Made by a program: the position numbers and the translations under genes
Source of the DNA: Hyaloraphidium curvatum SAG 235-1
Lineage: Eukaryota > Fungi > Monoblepharomycota
Direction: 5' to 3'
Assembly (NCBI GenBank): GCA_025558095.1
Contig: JAIVFI010000001.1
Location: forward strand, 744,001-808,000
Length of the DNA stretch: 64,000 nucleotides
In this document: piece after piece, positions 44,765-56,589 of the stretch
Layout of the letters: every line of letters starts with the position of its first letter
Numbering within the stretch: the first letter of the stretch is position 1
Notes under the pieces: generated by a model
What the model was told of the DNA's origin: nothing
Database searches by the model: none
The model's input: only the letters and a program-made list of their open reading frames with translations

Positions 44765-46119
44765 TCACTGCTTCACGGCGTGGAAAGCGTGGTACGGTCC
44801 GCCCTCCCGGGAAAAGAACCTCGGCACCCACTCCACCCCGTCCGCCTGCCTCGTCCTCAGGTTGTTCCTCTGCGCGTCCTCGATGTGCGACTTCTCATCC
44901 GTCGCCGCGTCCATCCGCCCCGCGAGGATGGCCTCGGTGACCTTGCCCCACAGCCTGCGCGACTCGAACTCGTCCTGCTCCGCGGGGGGCAGGACGATCT
45001 TGGGGTGCACGTGGGCGGTGGCGGCGTCGAACCAGACGATGGGGGAGGACTTCTTGGCGGCGGGGGTGAGGGTGATCTGGTTGGACCACTTGCCGCCGAT
45101 GGTGTACAAGACCTCGCCCGACGAGGCGCGCTTGACCTTGCCCTTGAGCCCGTTGTACGTGCCGCTGAAAAATCCCTGTGAAGCAAGGCCACCCGCTCAG
45201 CAAGGATTCGCGTTCCCCGCTAACGGCACACCTCCCCACCTTGACCGTGAACTCGACCTCCGCCACCAGGTCCGTCTTGGCGCACCGGATCACCACCTGG
45301 TCGCCCAGCTCCAGGTACATGGTCCCGAACAGGATCCCCCTCGCGTACACGTTGGGCATCGAGATCTCGTACTCCTCCCCGTCCCATTTGCCTGGGAAGC
45401 TGATGGTGCTCCCGCCCTGCATGATGGTCGCCGCCGAGTTGCCCAGGAATTTGGAGCGGGGGGACAGCTCGCCCTGGATCTGGATGTGGTTCGCCGGCTG
45501 TGCAGCATGGGGCGGGTGAGCAAATGGGCGCGAATGTCCTGCACCGTTACCCACTTGAGCGTAGTAGAAGGAGGACATCGGGGGATGGTGCGAAGTCTGC
45601 TCGGCGACGTAGTACCCCTGCGTTCCGTCATCCAGGTCCCATCGGCACCGGAAAATCTCGCCGAGCACCGGGTTGTAGGGTTTCCGGACGCCTGTGGGGC
45701 CGGACCGCGGTCAGCCGCGGCGTTCGCCACCTCGGTGGCCAGGCGCCCCACGCACCCTTGGGCTTGATGTGCCACCCCGCGAGGAAATACCTCACGACGC
45801 CCAAGAACCGCGACACGGGATCCCTCGCCTCGACCGCGAGCTGCAGCAGGTCCGGGTGCGCGAAAAAGTCCGTGATCCGCTCCAGCATGGACCGCGGCTC
45901 GAGGACAAAGGTCGGCAGCGTGACGCGGTGCAGGTCCATGCCCTTGCTGAGCTGCCTGATGACGCCCATGAGGATGGAGCCCTGCTCGGCGTCCAGGACC
46001 TCCTTGTCCTCGACGTCGGCCAGGTCCTCGGCGGACGAGGAGCCGAGCTTCTTCCCGTTGAGCACCGACCCGTGGCCGGGCTTCTTGGTCTTGTGCGGCG
46101 GCACCACGATGCCCTCCAT
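44765..46119 (-). CDS. Oxysterol-binding protein homolog (Osh6/Osh7-like), 3 introns
   Basis: GMDLHRVTLPTFVLEPRSMLER, KPKG|VRKPYNPVLGE, AEQTSHHPP, SKFLGNSA, ESRRLWGKVT. Confidence 0.93.
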
Positions 46120-46495
46120 CGTTTCCAACGTCCAATAGCCCGTGTGCCTAGCGGTCGGTCGCCATACGGCCGGTGGCGGAGAGCGCTGAGGTGTCCCCCC
46201 GGCGGCGTGCGGGCCCCGAACGGTGCGGGCCCGGCACGCGCGCGGGCGAATGCGGTGCCGGCGAGACGCGTGCGGCGCTCTGGACGCGCCGGACGGGTCG
46301 CGCTGGGGTCTGGCCAGGGACCTGAAAGGCGTGCAAGGCACGAGTCGGCCTGTCGGGGCTGATTTCCGCCTGCCGCCATCACGCTTGCCACATCAGCTTT
46401 TTATCGGCACCGGACTCGCACGGCCATCGCAGCGACATGAGAATGAATGCAGAATACCAATCCAGCCTACATGCCTACAGTTCCTCCTCCGCGGG

Positions 46496-48966
46496 TCACG
46501 CCTCGCTCTTGACCCTCTTGCTCTCGGGCCCCTCCTCGCCCCCCTCCTCGGGGGCGTCGTAGTCCGTCTCGTCCAGCCCCCTCTTCATCGGCGTGGCCGC
46601 GGGCGGCGCCGACGGCGGGGTGGAGGGCGCGGGCGCCGAGGGCGGCGTCGACGGCGCGGGAGCCGAGGGCGGCGTGACCGGCCTCGCGGGCTCCGAGGGC
46701 GGCGTCGCCGGCCTCTCCGCCGCGGGCGCGGGCACGGGCACCGTCGGGCTCGCCGGCTTCTCCCCCGCCGCTTCGTGGGGCGACCCCGCCCCGGACTCGG
46801 CCCTCGCCTTGGCCTGCTGCTCCTCCCGCTCCCGCTCCTCCGTGACCACCTGCAGCGCGCTCGCCAGCGCGTTCAGGCCGGAATGGTCCGCCGGCGGCCG
46901 CGCGTAGTAGTCCCCCGGCGCGGGCGACGCACGGCCCTGGTCGCCGGGCATCGGGCTGCGGTCGCGGTAGTCGTACCCGCCCGGGGCGCCGGGGCCGGGG
47001 TACGGAGCGGCGCCGCCGTACGGCCCACCGTAACCAGCGGGGCCGCCGGGGTAGCCTCCCGGGCCGGGGGGCATGCCGGGGCGCGCGCCGGGGTACATGC
47101 CCGGGGGCGGGGGGCCGCCGGGCCGGCGATCGGGCTGCGGAGATGCGCGGCCGGGGGGCGGCCCGCCGGGCATGCCGCCGGGGGTGAGCGAGGCCACGCG
47201 GCCGTGCGGGCCGGGCTGCCCGGGTGCGGGGGGCCACCCGCCGCCCATCGGCCCGGGCGGAGCGTCGGGCCGCGGGCCGCCGGGCTGCATGCGCGGGTCG
47301 TCGAAGGGCTTCGGGGGGGCGCCGAACCCTCGCGCGGCGTCCATGGGGCCGGGGGCGCCGTTGGGCTTGGGCGGGCCGGGCGGGGCCCCGGGGCGGCCGT
47401 ATCCCGGGGGCGGGCCCTGCTGCAGCTGCGGGGGCAGGCCCTGCGGCGGAGGCCCGCCGGCGCCGCCGCCACCATACTGGTAGAAATGGCCGACGCCGTT
47501 GGGCGCGGGCGGGCCCTGGTACGCCGCCGAGGCCGCGCCAATCTCCTGCGGGCCCGAGTGCGGCGGCAGGGGCGCCGGCGCTCCGCCGTTGGCGCCGTTG
47601 GCGCCGCCCTGCTGCTGCGCGCGCAGCATCTGCAGGCGCTGCTTGATGTGCGGGTTGTTGGGGTCCAGCTCCAGCGCGCGCTGGTAGGCGTCCATGGCGT
47701 CGTTGATCTGGTTGTTGCAGGATCTGTTTCGCGGTGCGCGGACAGCGTGTCAGGACGGTTCGACCCGGCCGCCGCCCGCCACTCACTCGTAGAGGGTGCC
47801 CAGGTCGTACCACAGCTCGCTGATGTACGGGTTGATCCTGATGGCGCGCGTGTAGGCGTCCAGGGCGTCCCGGTACTGGTTGATCTGGAAGTAGAGCACG
47901 CCGATGGAGCACCAAAAGGTCGGGTTGTTGCTGTCCCTGTAGACGGCCTGCTGGTACGCGTCGTAGGCCTCGTTGTACTTTTGCTGCGCCATGTTGCACC
48001 GGCCCAGGAGGTACCACGTCTGCGCGTCGTTGGGGTCGGCCTCGAGGGAGCGGCGGAGGTAGCTGATGGCCTCGTCCTGGTTCTGGAAGCCGGGGTTCTG
48101 CTGGTGGTACAGCCAGCCGAGCTGCTGCAGCACCTTGGCGTGGTTGGGGTTCTGCGCCAGCACGCGCTCGTAGGCCTGCCTGGCGGGGCCGAACTCCTTC
48201 TGCTGCTCGTACACGTGGCCGATCTGGAACCAGATGTCCATCTCGGTGAGGGGCTTGGGCGGGTTGGGGAGGATGTACCGGAAGCACTGGAGGGGGTGAG
48301 GGGGATGAGCGGTGCAAACGCAGGCGCGACAACATGTCGAGGCTACCGAAAGGGAGAGCTCGAACTTGCCCTGCTGCTTGTAGATGATGCCGAGCCGGAA
48401 GTAGATCTCGTTGGCCTTTTCGAACTTTGGCTCCATCCGGATGACGGCCGAGAAGGCCTCCTCTGCGTGCTCGTAGCTCCCGTAGCGGTCGTACAGGATG
48501 CCGATGCCGTACCACAGCTTGGGCTCCTTGGGGTTGGGCAGGTGGTACAGGGCCTGCTGGTACGCGGCGTAGGCGCGCTGCAGGTCGTCCATCATCAGGA
48601 ACGCGTGCCCAAGGGCGCCCCAGATCTCGCCGTTGGTCTGGTCGATTGCGAGGATGCGGTGGAAGAACTCGATGGCCTTGGGGTACTGCTCGCGGGCGCG
48701 GTAGAGGGCGGCGATCTGGGTGAGGGCGGGGACCGAGTAGGGGTTGTGGCGCAGGGCGGCCTCGTAGGCGGCCATGGCGCGGTCGACGTCGTTGAAAGAC
48801 TCGGAGAGCGTGCCTGGCATGGGCGGGGCGTGTCGGGGTGAGTTTAGGCTGCGGGTGGTTTTTGGAGGGACGCACCGATGTGCAGCCAGGTCTGCTCGTT
48901 CATCGACGTGAGCCTGCCTGTCAGCGACGTGCCAGCCATGGAGGCCTGCACGGCGGCCGACGCCAT
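46496..48966 (-). CDS. CYC8: General transcriptional corepressor Cyc8/Ssn6 (TPR), Pro/Gly-rich tail
   Basis: NEQTWLHIG, AYEAALRHNPYS, AYQQALYHL, LWYGIGILYDRYG, FWCSIGVLYFQINQYRDALDAYTRAIRINPYISELWYDLGTLYE|SCNNQINDA. Confidence 0.95.
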
Positions 48967-49718
48967 TTCTGCGCCGCTGCGAGGCGTGGGGATGGTCAGC
49001 TGTGCCGGTGGCGGGGGCCCGGTCGGGGCGGCGTAACTCGCGGCGGCGGCGGCGGCGTGCGGCCGGCACGGCGCCCGGCGGGACCCGTTCAGGGCGTTCT
49101 TTTTCGCGGCGTCCGCGGGTGCCCGCTTGGGCGTGCGGGCGGCGGCGGCACACGGCCGGTCGGTCCCGCACGGCCGGGGATGCCGCGCCGGCCACGCGGC
49201 GGCCGGCCTCCCGCCCCGCGTGCGCCCTGCGCGCCGCCCTCCGCGCCCAACTCGCCGGGAGTGCGCGCCCCGCGGGAGACCCGCCCGGCGGGCTTCCGAC
49301 GCAACGGCCCCGAGTCCCCGCGCAGCGCGGCCGCCTCCCCCGCGGACCGCCGCCGCGCCCCGCGCTCGCCCCCCGGCTCACCTAAAGGAGCTGCGCTATC
49401 CGACCGCGGACGCCGCTAGCTGGTGTGCGGCTGACTCGGCGAAGAGGCTGTGGGTGGGTGAACCCCGAAAGACGTTTTCGCCAAATGGCCTGGACCGCCG
49501 CATCGGATTGCGCGGGTCCTTTCGGTGCCCTTCCTCATTGCTTTTGTCATACGACACGGCATCACGCATCGTACACCTCTGGCAACCATGCCACCAGCAC
49601 CTTGCACAGTCCGAAGCGCCCCTACATGCGCCACATGCATTTCCGAGCGCCGCACCCACACCCCGCCCTGGTCCCTTGGCCGGCGCCCCACGCCGCCCTC
49701 ATGCCATCCGAAAGCGGC

Positions 49719-50471
49719 CTAAGACTCGCCGCCCGGCATCGCAAACAGCAAAGTATACATCCGCACCAGCGACTCGTAAGCAACGGTGTCCTTACAACGC
49801 AAAAGGTTGGCTTCGGCCCGAAACAGGGGTTCGCCAGCAGGGCCACAGGGGACGGGTGGGTGGGTCAGCACCTGCCGGGCACAATACAACCCGGTCGAAC
49901 CCACCGGCGTCGATGTTGAGCGGGGAGTCAGGTTCCGGCTGGGTGAGCAGCACCGCGACGGCCAGGCAGGCAGACTGCAGCGTCCACGCGGGGGACCAGG
50001 CGGTTTTGAGGAGGTCAAGGCAGATCTCGCCCGTCTGTGGCAAGAAAAGGGCGCGGTTACGCGGGAGGGATGTGTGTGGGAGGGCGGGAGGGAGCGGAGG
50101 GACGTCAGTCGGTCCCGCTGAGCGCCCGACGGGGGGCAACCCGCCCCGGACGCCAACCCACCTTCCAGTGGACGTTCGGATGGCACACCTTGGTCACGAA
50201 CCGCATGACCGGCGGCGCCGTCGGGTAGTTGTTCGGCACCTCGATCGCCAGCGCGAACCTCCCGCCTTCCGGAAACCTCGGCGTCAGCGACCCCCAATCT
50301 GCGCCCCACGGAGGACCCACCGGCGTACGGCGACTCCTCCGGCCCCCGTATGACCGCCTTCCACCGCTGCAGGTCGTCGTCCGAAGCGGGGGAGAGCTCC
50401 TCGATGCGGTCGTTGGGTTCGCGCTGCGAGTCGCGGAGCTCCTTGAGGAGCCGCTTCTGGAGGGGGTCCAT
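49719..50471 (-). CDS. PEX4: Peroxisomal E2 ubiquitin-conjugating enzyme (peroxin 4), 3 introns
   Basis: KRLLKEL, HPNVHWK|TGEICLDLLKTAWSPAWTL, PEPDSPLNIDA|ANLLRCKD..Y. Confidence 0.83.
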   Translation of the reverse strand: MDPLQKRLLKELRDSQREPNDRIEELSPASDDDLQRWKAVIRGPEESPYAGGSSVGRRLGVADAEVSGRREVRAGDRGAEQLPDGAAGHAVRDQGVPSERPLEGGLASGAGCPPSGAQRDRLTSLRSLPPSHTHPSRVTAPFSCHRRARSALTSSKPPGPPRGRCSLPAWPSRCCSPSRNLTPRSTSTPVGSTGLYCARQVLTHPPVPCGPAGEPLFRAEANLLRCKDTVAYESLVRMYTLLFAMPGGES

Positions 50472-50666
50472 GGGCCGTGGGGGGAGAGAGAAGGTGATCT
50501 GCTGTCCGACTAGGGTCTTCCGAGGGCAGAAGTGGGGCAGAACGGGCCGATGGTCGGTCCGAGGACACGTCGCCCAACGTTTCCTGGTCTGCAATCGCTC
50601 CCTTGCCACTCCCGTTCCCCGCCCAGCTCGCGCCACAGGACTTGTGCGAGGGAGGACTCGCCCGCG

Positions 50667-51570
50667 ATGCACGCGTTCCGCGCGTGTCGGGGCGGCGCGC
50701 CCCTCTCGGCCCTCCGCGCGGCCGCGCCGCCGGGCGCCCGCGGGGTGCGTCGCCGCCTGCCGCGCCGAGTCGCCGCCTGACGCACCGCATCGCAGCTCTC
50801 CTCGCTCGGCGCCCGCCCCGCCGCCCGCGCCCCGCGGTCGCTCCTCTCCCAGCCCCCCTGCAGACCCGCCCTGCGCCCCTCCCGGCCCCCGTCCTTGGCT
50901 TTCTCGCGGCCCCTGCGGACGACCCCCCCGACCGCGCAGTCCCGCGCCCTCCCCCCGCACGTGCACGCGCGCCTCCGCGAGCGCGACGTCGCCATCCAGT
51001 CGACGATGATGTACGTCGTCTCGGCAATCCTGTTCATGTCCGGCCTCACGTACGCCGCCGTGCCGGCGTACAAGCTCTTCTGCGCCGCCACGGGGATCGA
51101 CGGCACGCCCGTCATCAAGGAGGCGGACTACTCGGCCCTGAAGCCCGTGGCCGGCGCCCGCCCGATCCGCATATCGTTCACGGGGAACGTGTCGGCGCAG
51201 CTGGGGTGGCACTTTGCCCCGCAGACCGCCGTCTTGTACGTGGTCCCGGGCGAGACCGCGCTGGCCTTTTTCACGGCCACGAACCGGACCCACGAGGACA
51301 TCGTCGGCGTCTCGACCTACTCGGTCGTGCCGGCAAAGGCCGCGCAGTACTTCAACAAGATCCAGTGCTTCTGCTTCGAGGAGCAGAAGCTGCTGGCGGA
51401 CGAGACCGTGGACATGCCCGTGTTCTTCTACATCGACCCGGAGTTTGCCGACGACCCGTGGATGAACGACGTGACCGACATCAGTGGGTGGACGTGGGGC
51501 CAGGCTGTTATCCGCACTCACTCTCCCCGCAGCGCTGTCGTACTCCTTTTTCCGCAGTAAGGGGACCTAG
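50667..51570 (+). CDS. COX11: Cytochrome c oxidase copper chaperone Cox11
   Basis: YAAVPAYKLFC, PGETALAFF, YFNKIQCFCFEEQKL, VDMPVFFYIDP, I|TLSYSFF; Arg/Ala-rich presequence from ATG 50667. Confidence 0.95.
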
Positions 51571-51669
51571 GCCGGCTTCCTCCCCGGCCTCCGCTTGCTC
51601 ATCTAGGCCGGCCGAGCCGGCTTCTATCGATATACCGATACCAGGAACAGAGCTCGCGCCCGTGCCAGA

Positions 51670-53724
51670 TCACCACCTTCCCGAGCCGTAGCCTCCTCCT
51701 TGTCCGCCGTAGCCTCCTTGCTGCCCGCCGTATCCTCCCTGACCGCCGTATCCTCCCTGACCGCCGTAGCCTCCTCCCTGCCTCCCGTAGCCTCCGCCAA
51801 CGTTCCCTCCCGGGCCGCCGAAGCCGCCTCCCTGTCCGCCGCCCCCACCGCGCCCGCCCTGTCCCCCGCGCCCGCCCTGCCCTCCGTTCGCCTGCGCCCC
51901 CTGGCGTCCCGCCCCGCCCCCGTTCGCCTGCCCGCCACCCCCGCCGCCCCTCCCCTGCCCCTGCGTCCTATCCCTCGCTTCGATCCGCAGCCCGGGCACC
52001 CCCTTGAGCCCCATCTTGCCCACCGTCTGCTTCTCCAGCGCCGGCACCTCCGCCAGCCCGATCCACGCGCTCCACTCGTTGCACCGCTCCACCAGCTCCT
52101 CCTTGGTCCACCCCACGACCTTGAGGTTGCCGTTGTAGAAGCCCAGGGTGGCGCGGTACGCGGCCTCGGCCTCCGAGTGCAGGTCCTCGAGGGAAGGGAC
52201 CGACGCGAGGGCGCGGTCGAGGGGGTGCGCGGGCGCGGCTTCCCCGCGGGCGAACGAGGCGAGCGGGGTGCCCGCGGCCGGCTCGAGCGGGGCGATGGGG
52301 AGGGTCTTGGTGAGCTTGGCGAGGAAGCGCCGCTCGAAGGGCGCGAGGAGGATGGTGCCGCGGCCTTCGTTGCCGGCGCGGGCGGTGCGCCCGAGGCGGT
52401 GCACGTACTGCTCCTCCGAGGTCAGGCCGATCTGCACGATCAGGGTGACGCCGGGGAAGTCCATGCCGCGCGCCGAGACGTCCGAGGAGAAGAGCACCAT
52501 GCGCTGGCCGGTGCGGAACTCGTCGCTGGTCTTGGTGCGCTTCGATTGCGAGAGGCGCGAGTGCAGCTCGAGCGTCTGGATGCCGGTGCGGTTGAAGAGT
52601 CGCGAGGCGAACGACGCCATGCGCGCGGTGGTGAAGAAGCAGATGATCTTGTAGGAGGGGTCGGACTCGATGTGCAGCCGCAGCAGCTCGTACAGGGCGT
52701 GCAGCTGGTACTGCAGCGGCACAACCAGGCTCTGCTGCACCACGTGCTGGTGCGTGTTGTCCTCCTCGTCGCCGATGGTGTTGACGATCAGGTGGTCCTC
52801 GCGGAGCGTGCGCTTGGTCATCTCCCTGACGTCGGGCGGGAAGGTGGCCGAGAAGAGCTGCGTCTGTCGCTTGTCGGCGCGCGGGAGCTTGGCGAAGATG
52901 GCGTCCAGATCCTGCTTGAAGCCCATGTCCAGCAGCCTGTCCGCTTCGTCGAGCACCAGGTACGCCACGTGCTGCACGCGCTCCGCCGCGCCGTGGTTCT
53001 CGAGCAGGTCCCTGAAGCGGCCGGGCGTGGCCACCAGCAGGTCCGCGCCCATGCCGATCTCGCGGACGTCCTTGTTGATGGAGAGTCCACCGACGACGCA
53101 GACGGTGCGGAAGCCGGGGTGGAACTTTGTCAGGCTCTCGGCCTCGGACTCGATCTGCTGCGCGAGCTCCCGCGTGGGGCTGATGACCACCGACTTGATG
53201 GCGCCCCGCGGGAAGCCCTGGATCCGGGTGATCTGTTCCACCAGAGGGATGAGGAAAGCCAGCGTCTTGCCAGTGCCGGTCTTTGCCTTGGCCACCATGT
53301 CGTGCCCGCGCAGGGCGAACGGAATGCAGGCGGCCTGGATCACCGACATGGTGCGATAACCAAATTCGGTATCGAGGGCCTGCTGCGTGCGGGGCGAGAG
53401 CCCGAGCCCCCTGAACTCCTGGTCCGTTTGGAAACTGGCCTCGACCTTGGGGTGGCTCGAAGCGTGGTGGTGGGACTGGGAGTGCGCCGGGCCGGCGGGA
53501 GCGCTTCCAGAATGCACCGGAGTGGGACCGTTTCCAGACCGTGCCGGGCCGGCGGAAGCGCTTTCCAGGACATGCTCGGCGCGGCGCTTGGGCGGGTGTA
53601 CGGCTTCCTGGCCTCCGGAGGGGCCCGCCGGGCCGCCACCTGGAGGGCCGGCCCGCTTGCGCTGCGACCCGTGGAAATGCCTCCTGGGGCCGCCGCCGCG
53701 CTGCTGGGGTGCGGAAGAGCTCAT
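51670..53724 (-). CDS. MSS116: DEAD-box RNA helicase, Mss116/CYT-19-like, intronless, Gly-rich tail
   Basis: AKTGTGKT, PTRELA, DEAD, SAT, SDVSARGMDFP, HRLGRTARAG, C-terminal extension and GGYGGQ repeats. Possible upstream in-frame ATG at 53781. Confidence 0.85.
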   Translation of the reverse strand: MSSSAPQQRGGGPRRHFHGSQRKRAGPPGGGPAGPSGGQEAVHPPKRRAEHVLESASAGPARSGNGPTPVHSGSAPAGPAHSQSHHHASSHPKVEASFQTDQEFRGLGLSPRTQQALDTEFGYRTMSVIQAACIPFALRGHDMVAKAKTGTGKTLAFLIPLVEQITRIQGFPRGAIKSVVISPTRELAQQIESEAESLTKFHPGFRTVCVVGGLSINKDVREIGMGADLLVATPGRFRDLLENHGAAERVQHVAYLVLDEADRLLDMGFKQDLDAIFAKLPRADKRQTQLFSATFPPDVREMTKRTLREDHLIVNTIGDEEDNTHQHVVQQSLVVPLQYQLHALYELLRLHIESDPSYKIICFFTTARMASFASRLFNRTGIQTLELHSRLSQSKRTKTSDEFRTGQRMVLFSSDVSARGMDFPGVTLIVQIGLTSEEQYVHRLGRTARAGNEGRGTILLAPFERRFLAKLTKTLPIAPLEPAAGTPLASFARGEAAPAHPLDRALASVPSLEDLHSEAEAAYRATLGFYNGNLKVVGWTKEELVERCNEWSAWIGLAEVPALEKQTVGKMGLKGVPGLRIEARDRTQGQGRGGGGGGQANGGGAGRQGAQANGGQGGRGGQGGRGGGGGQGGGFGGPGGNVGGGYGRQGGGYGGQGGYGGQGGYGGQQGGYGGQGGGYGSGRW
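51675..51800 (-). repeat. Coding ~18-nt tandem repeats (GGYGGQ)
   Basis: ccgccgtatcctccctga-type units repeated 5-6 times with variations. Confidence 0.8.
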
Positions 53725-53909
53725 TTTCTCGAGTGCGATAGAGAGGTCCTTGAGCTTCGACAGCAGGAGCTTTCGAATCATGGACTTTCTCCAAGTAAAC
53801 AAGCGACGCCGTCAATGAGTGATCACGCACGGGACCTTTGAGGTGCAGTCGCAGTCTGCTCCCGTCTATAGTTCGGAGATACGGCTCAGATCTCTTCTTT
53901 TTCTAGCAC

Positions 53910-54802
53910 CTAGTCCGACATGTCCTTCACCACCCCTACTTGTGCCGGCCGGAGCACCCGCCCGTTTAGCTTGAAGCCCGTCTTCTCCACCTTGAGGATG
54001 AGCCCCGCCGGCTTGGTGGGATCCGGCACCTGGTACAGGGCCTGGTGGATGTTGGGGTCGAACTGTTCGTTCACCGGGTCGAACTCCTCCACGCCGTTGC
54101 GGTTCAGCGCCTTGATCAGCACGCTCCGGGTCATGCTGACGCCGCTGTGGAGATCCTTGAGCGCCTTGTTGGCCTCGGTGATCTGGTCCTTGGGCGTCTG
54201 GTTTGAGAGGAGGGAGGCGACGGAAAGGTCAGAACCGTTGGGGGGATCACGCTTGCGTGTCGATCTGCTCACCGCCTGGATCGCCATCGTCAAAATGTCC
54301 ACGGTCTCGAGCAGATCCTTTGCGAACTTCTGGATCGCAAAGGACGCCGTGCTCTCCACCTCCTTCTTTGACCGCTGCCGCACGTTCTCCGTGTCGGCGA
54401 GGGCCCTAAGGTAGTGATCCTGATCGCGGCGGCCCGGCAAGGGCGCGAAGGTCAGCAATTCCCGTCCACAGCTCCTGCCAAACTCCGGCCCACCTGGAGC
54501 TCGGCTATCCGCTTGTCTTTGGCGGCGATCTGCTTCTTCAGCTCCTCCTCCGCGGCGGACGTGGCGTCCTTCGGCTTTTCCTGGGCCCCTTCCGCCGGCT
54601 TCTCCTCCTTCTTCTCCTCCTGCAGCGTGCGGGTTGTGCTCCCGAAAGAGCGATGTGCCGCAGGGACCGGTAGTCGGGCCGCGAGGGACGGTCGTGCGGC
54701 GGCGCACACCACGGGCAGAGCCGCGCGGGGGAGCGGGCGCGCCGAGGCAGCGACGGCCTCGAAGAGTTCAGGGGTCAACCGCGCAGCAGCCTTCTTCAGC
54801 AT
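53910..54802 (-). CDS. MGE1: Mitochondrial GrpE nucleotide-exchange factor, 2 introns
   Basis: YLRALADTENVRQR, FAIQKFAKDLL, FDPNIHQAL, GFKLNGRVLRPAQVGV; presequence at N-terminus. Confidence 0.95.
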
Positions 54803-54928
54803 CTCGGTTTGGAAGGCGGCCCTCTCTCAAGTGCGAAGGAGCGATGCGTCGGGCGAAAGCGGGAAGGCCGGTGACGGAAAATCGCGGTGGCGTCTCCTGC
54901 CTGGTCACAAACAAACGACGTGGGCTCG

Positions 54929-56539
54929 ATGTTGGCGCCGAAAGGCGCGATTCTGCGCCATGCGCACCGTTTATCTACGTGTCTTGCACGCGTTTCCAGG
55001 CCATCGTGGCCGTCGGAGCATGCTTGGGCCGTGCGCGCGGCGCTAAAGGCGCCCCGCTCCCCCGCACTTTCCGAGACGCGCCTGGGGAAGCGCCGTCTCG
55101 GCAGCTCGGCAAACACACGTGCGCAAGCAGCGCAGAGTGCTGCGGGATCGTCTCCTACCTTTGCAAAGCCCCCCACGGAGGTCGACGGGGTCACCTATCC
55201 TGCCGACGAACTCACCAACGTGACAAAGCCGATTCTCTCCAAGATCCACCGTGGCCTCCACCGCAGAAAGAACCATCCGATCTTTATTCTGCGGAACATT
55301 ATCGAGCAGCACTTTGTGCGCTCCGCCCCCGGGACATACGCCATGTTCGACAGCCTTCATCCGATCGTGACGCCGAAGCAGAACTTTGACGACCTTTTGT
55401 TCGCTGACGACCACGTCGGGCGTCTGCCGACCGACACGTACTTTCTGAACAAGGACTACTTGCTCCGGACTCACACATCCGCGCACCAGGCCGAGCTGCT
55501 CCGGCAGGGCTCGACGGACTTTCTCGTCGCCGCCGATGTCTACCGTCGGGACGAAATCGATCGCAGCCATTACCCCGTGTTCCACCAGATGGAAGGCGTT
55601 AGGACTTTCAAACGCGGAGCCATCGAGCCCGTCCCGGACCGGACCGATTCCTCTGTGACGCTGATCGACGACACTACGATCGGTGGTCCCAGCAACCCCG
55701 TCCAGCCCGGCCACACCGAGGAGGAGGCCAGGGCGCTTGCGGCGAGCTTAAAACACGCCTTAAACGGCCTCATCAGGGAGATGTTCAAGGACGAGAAGGA
55801 CCTTACCATCCGCTGGGTCGAAGCGTACTTCCCTTTCACGAGCCCCAGCTACGAGGTGGAAATCATGTACCAGGGGAAATGGCTTGAAGTCCTGGGCTGC
55901 GGTGTCATGCGCCAAGAGATTCTCGACAACAACGGTGGCGTCGACCGCCCGAGCGCGTCTGGCCCTTGCTAACTCTGTTCGCCCTTACCTCAAGGAATGT
56001 CTGATCGTGTCGGATGGGCATTCGGAATCGGCATCGAACGCCTCGCCATGGTCCTGTTCGACGTTCCAGACATCCGGCTCTTTTGGTCGGACGATGATCG
56101 GGTCGTGTCGCAGTTCAAGGACGGGAAGATTGCCAAGTTCAAACCCTTCAGCAAATACTCCGTGTGCTACAAAGACATCAGCTTTTGGTACGACGTCGAT
56201 TTCCACGAGAACGACTTCTGCGAGCTTGTGCGGAACGTGGCGGGTGACCTCGTGGAAGACGTCAAGCTGGTGAGTGACTGCTCGCCGGATTGTGAACTTG
56301 GTTGATCGTTGGGATCCTCCAGATTGATGAGTTCTCACACCCGAAGACCAAGCGGAAGAGCAAATGCTATCGCATCAACTATCAGTCGATGGATCGGTAA
56401 GACCTTTGGTTTCGCGCGCTTCGGATGGCGAAGCTGAACAAACCGTCGGTTTAGGAACGTCACAAACGACGAGATCGACGAAATCCATTTGGACGTCACC
56501 GCCGAGATCGTGGACAAGCTCAAAGTGGACGTTCGATGA
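54929..56539 (+). CDS. MSF1: Mitochondrial phenylalanyl-tRNA synthetase, 3 introns
   Basis: LLRTHTSAHQ, YRRDEIDRSHYPVFHQMEG, YFPFTSPS, GWAFGIGIERLAM, FDX-ACB domain (FHENDF, CYRINYQSMDR). Confidence 0.95.
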
Positions 56540-56589
56540 TGTTCGGTTTGCGGCCTACTGCCAAATTACCCAACGAAGGAATACACAAA

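Noticed and set aside
46223-53841. Very long antisense or alternate-frame ORFs (e.g. 46223-48841 +, 51700-53841 +, also 3448-5226 +, 33781-35574 +)
   Set aside because: Shadow ORFs of GC-rich genes: Arg/Gly/Ala-rich, no motifs, and opposite well-supported genes.
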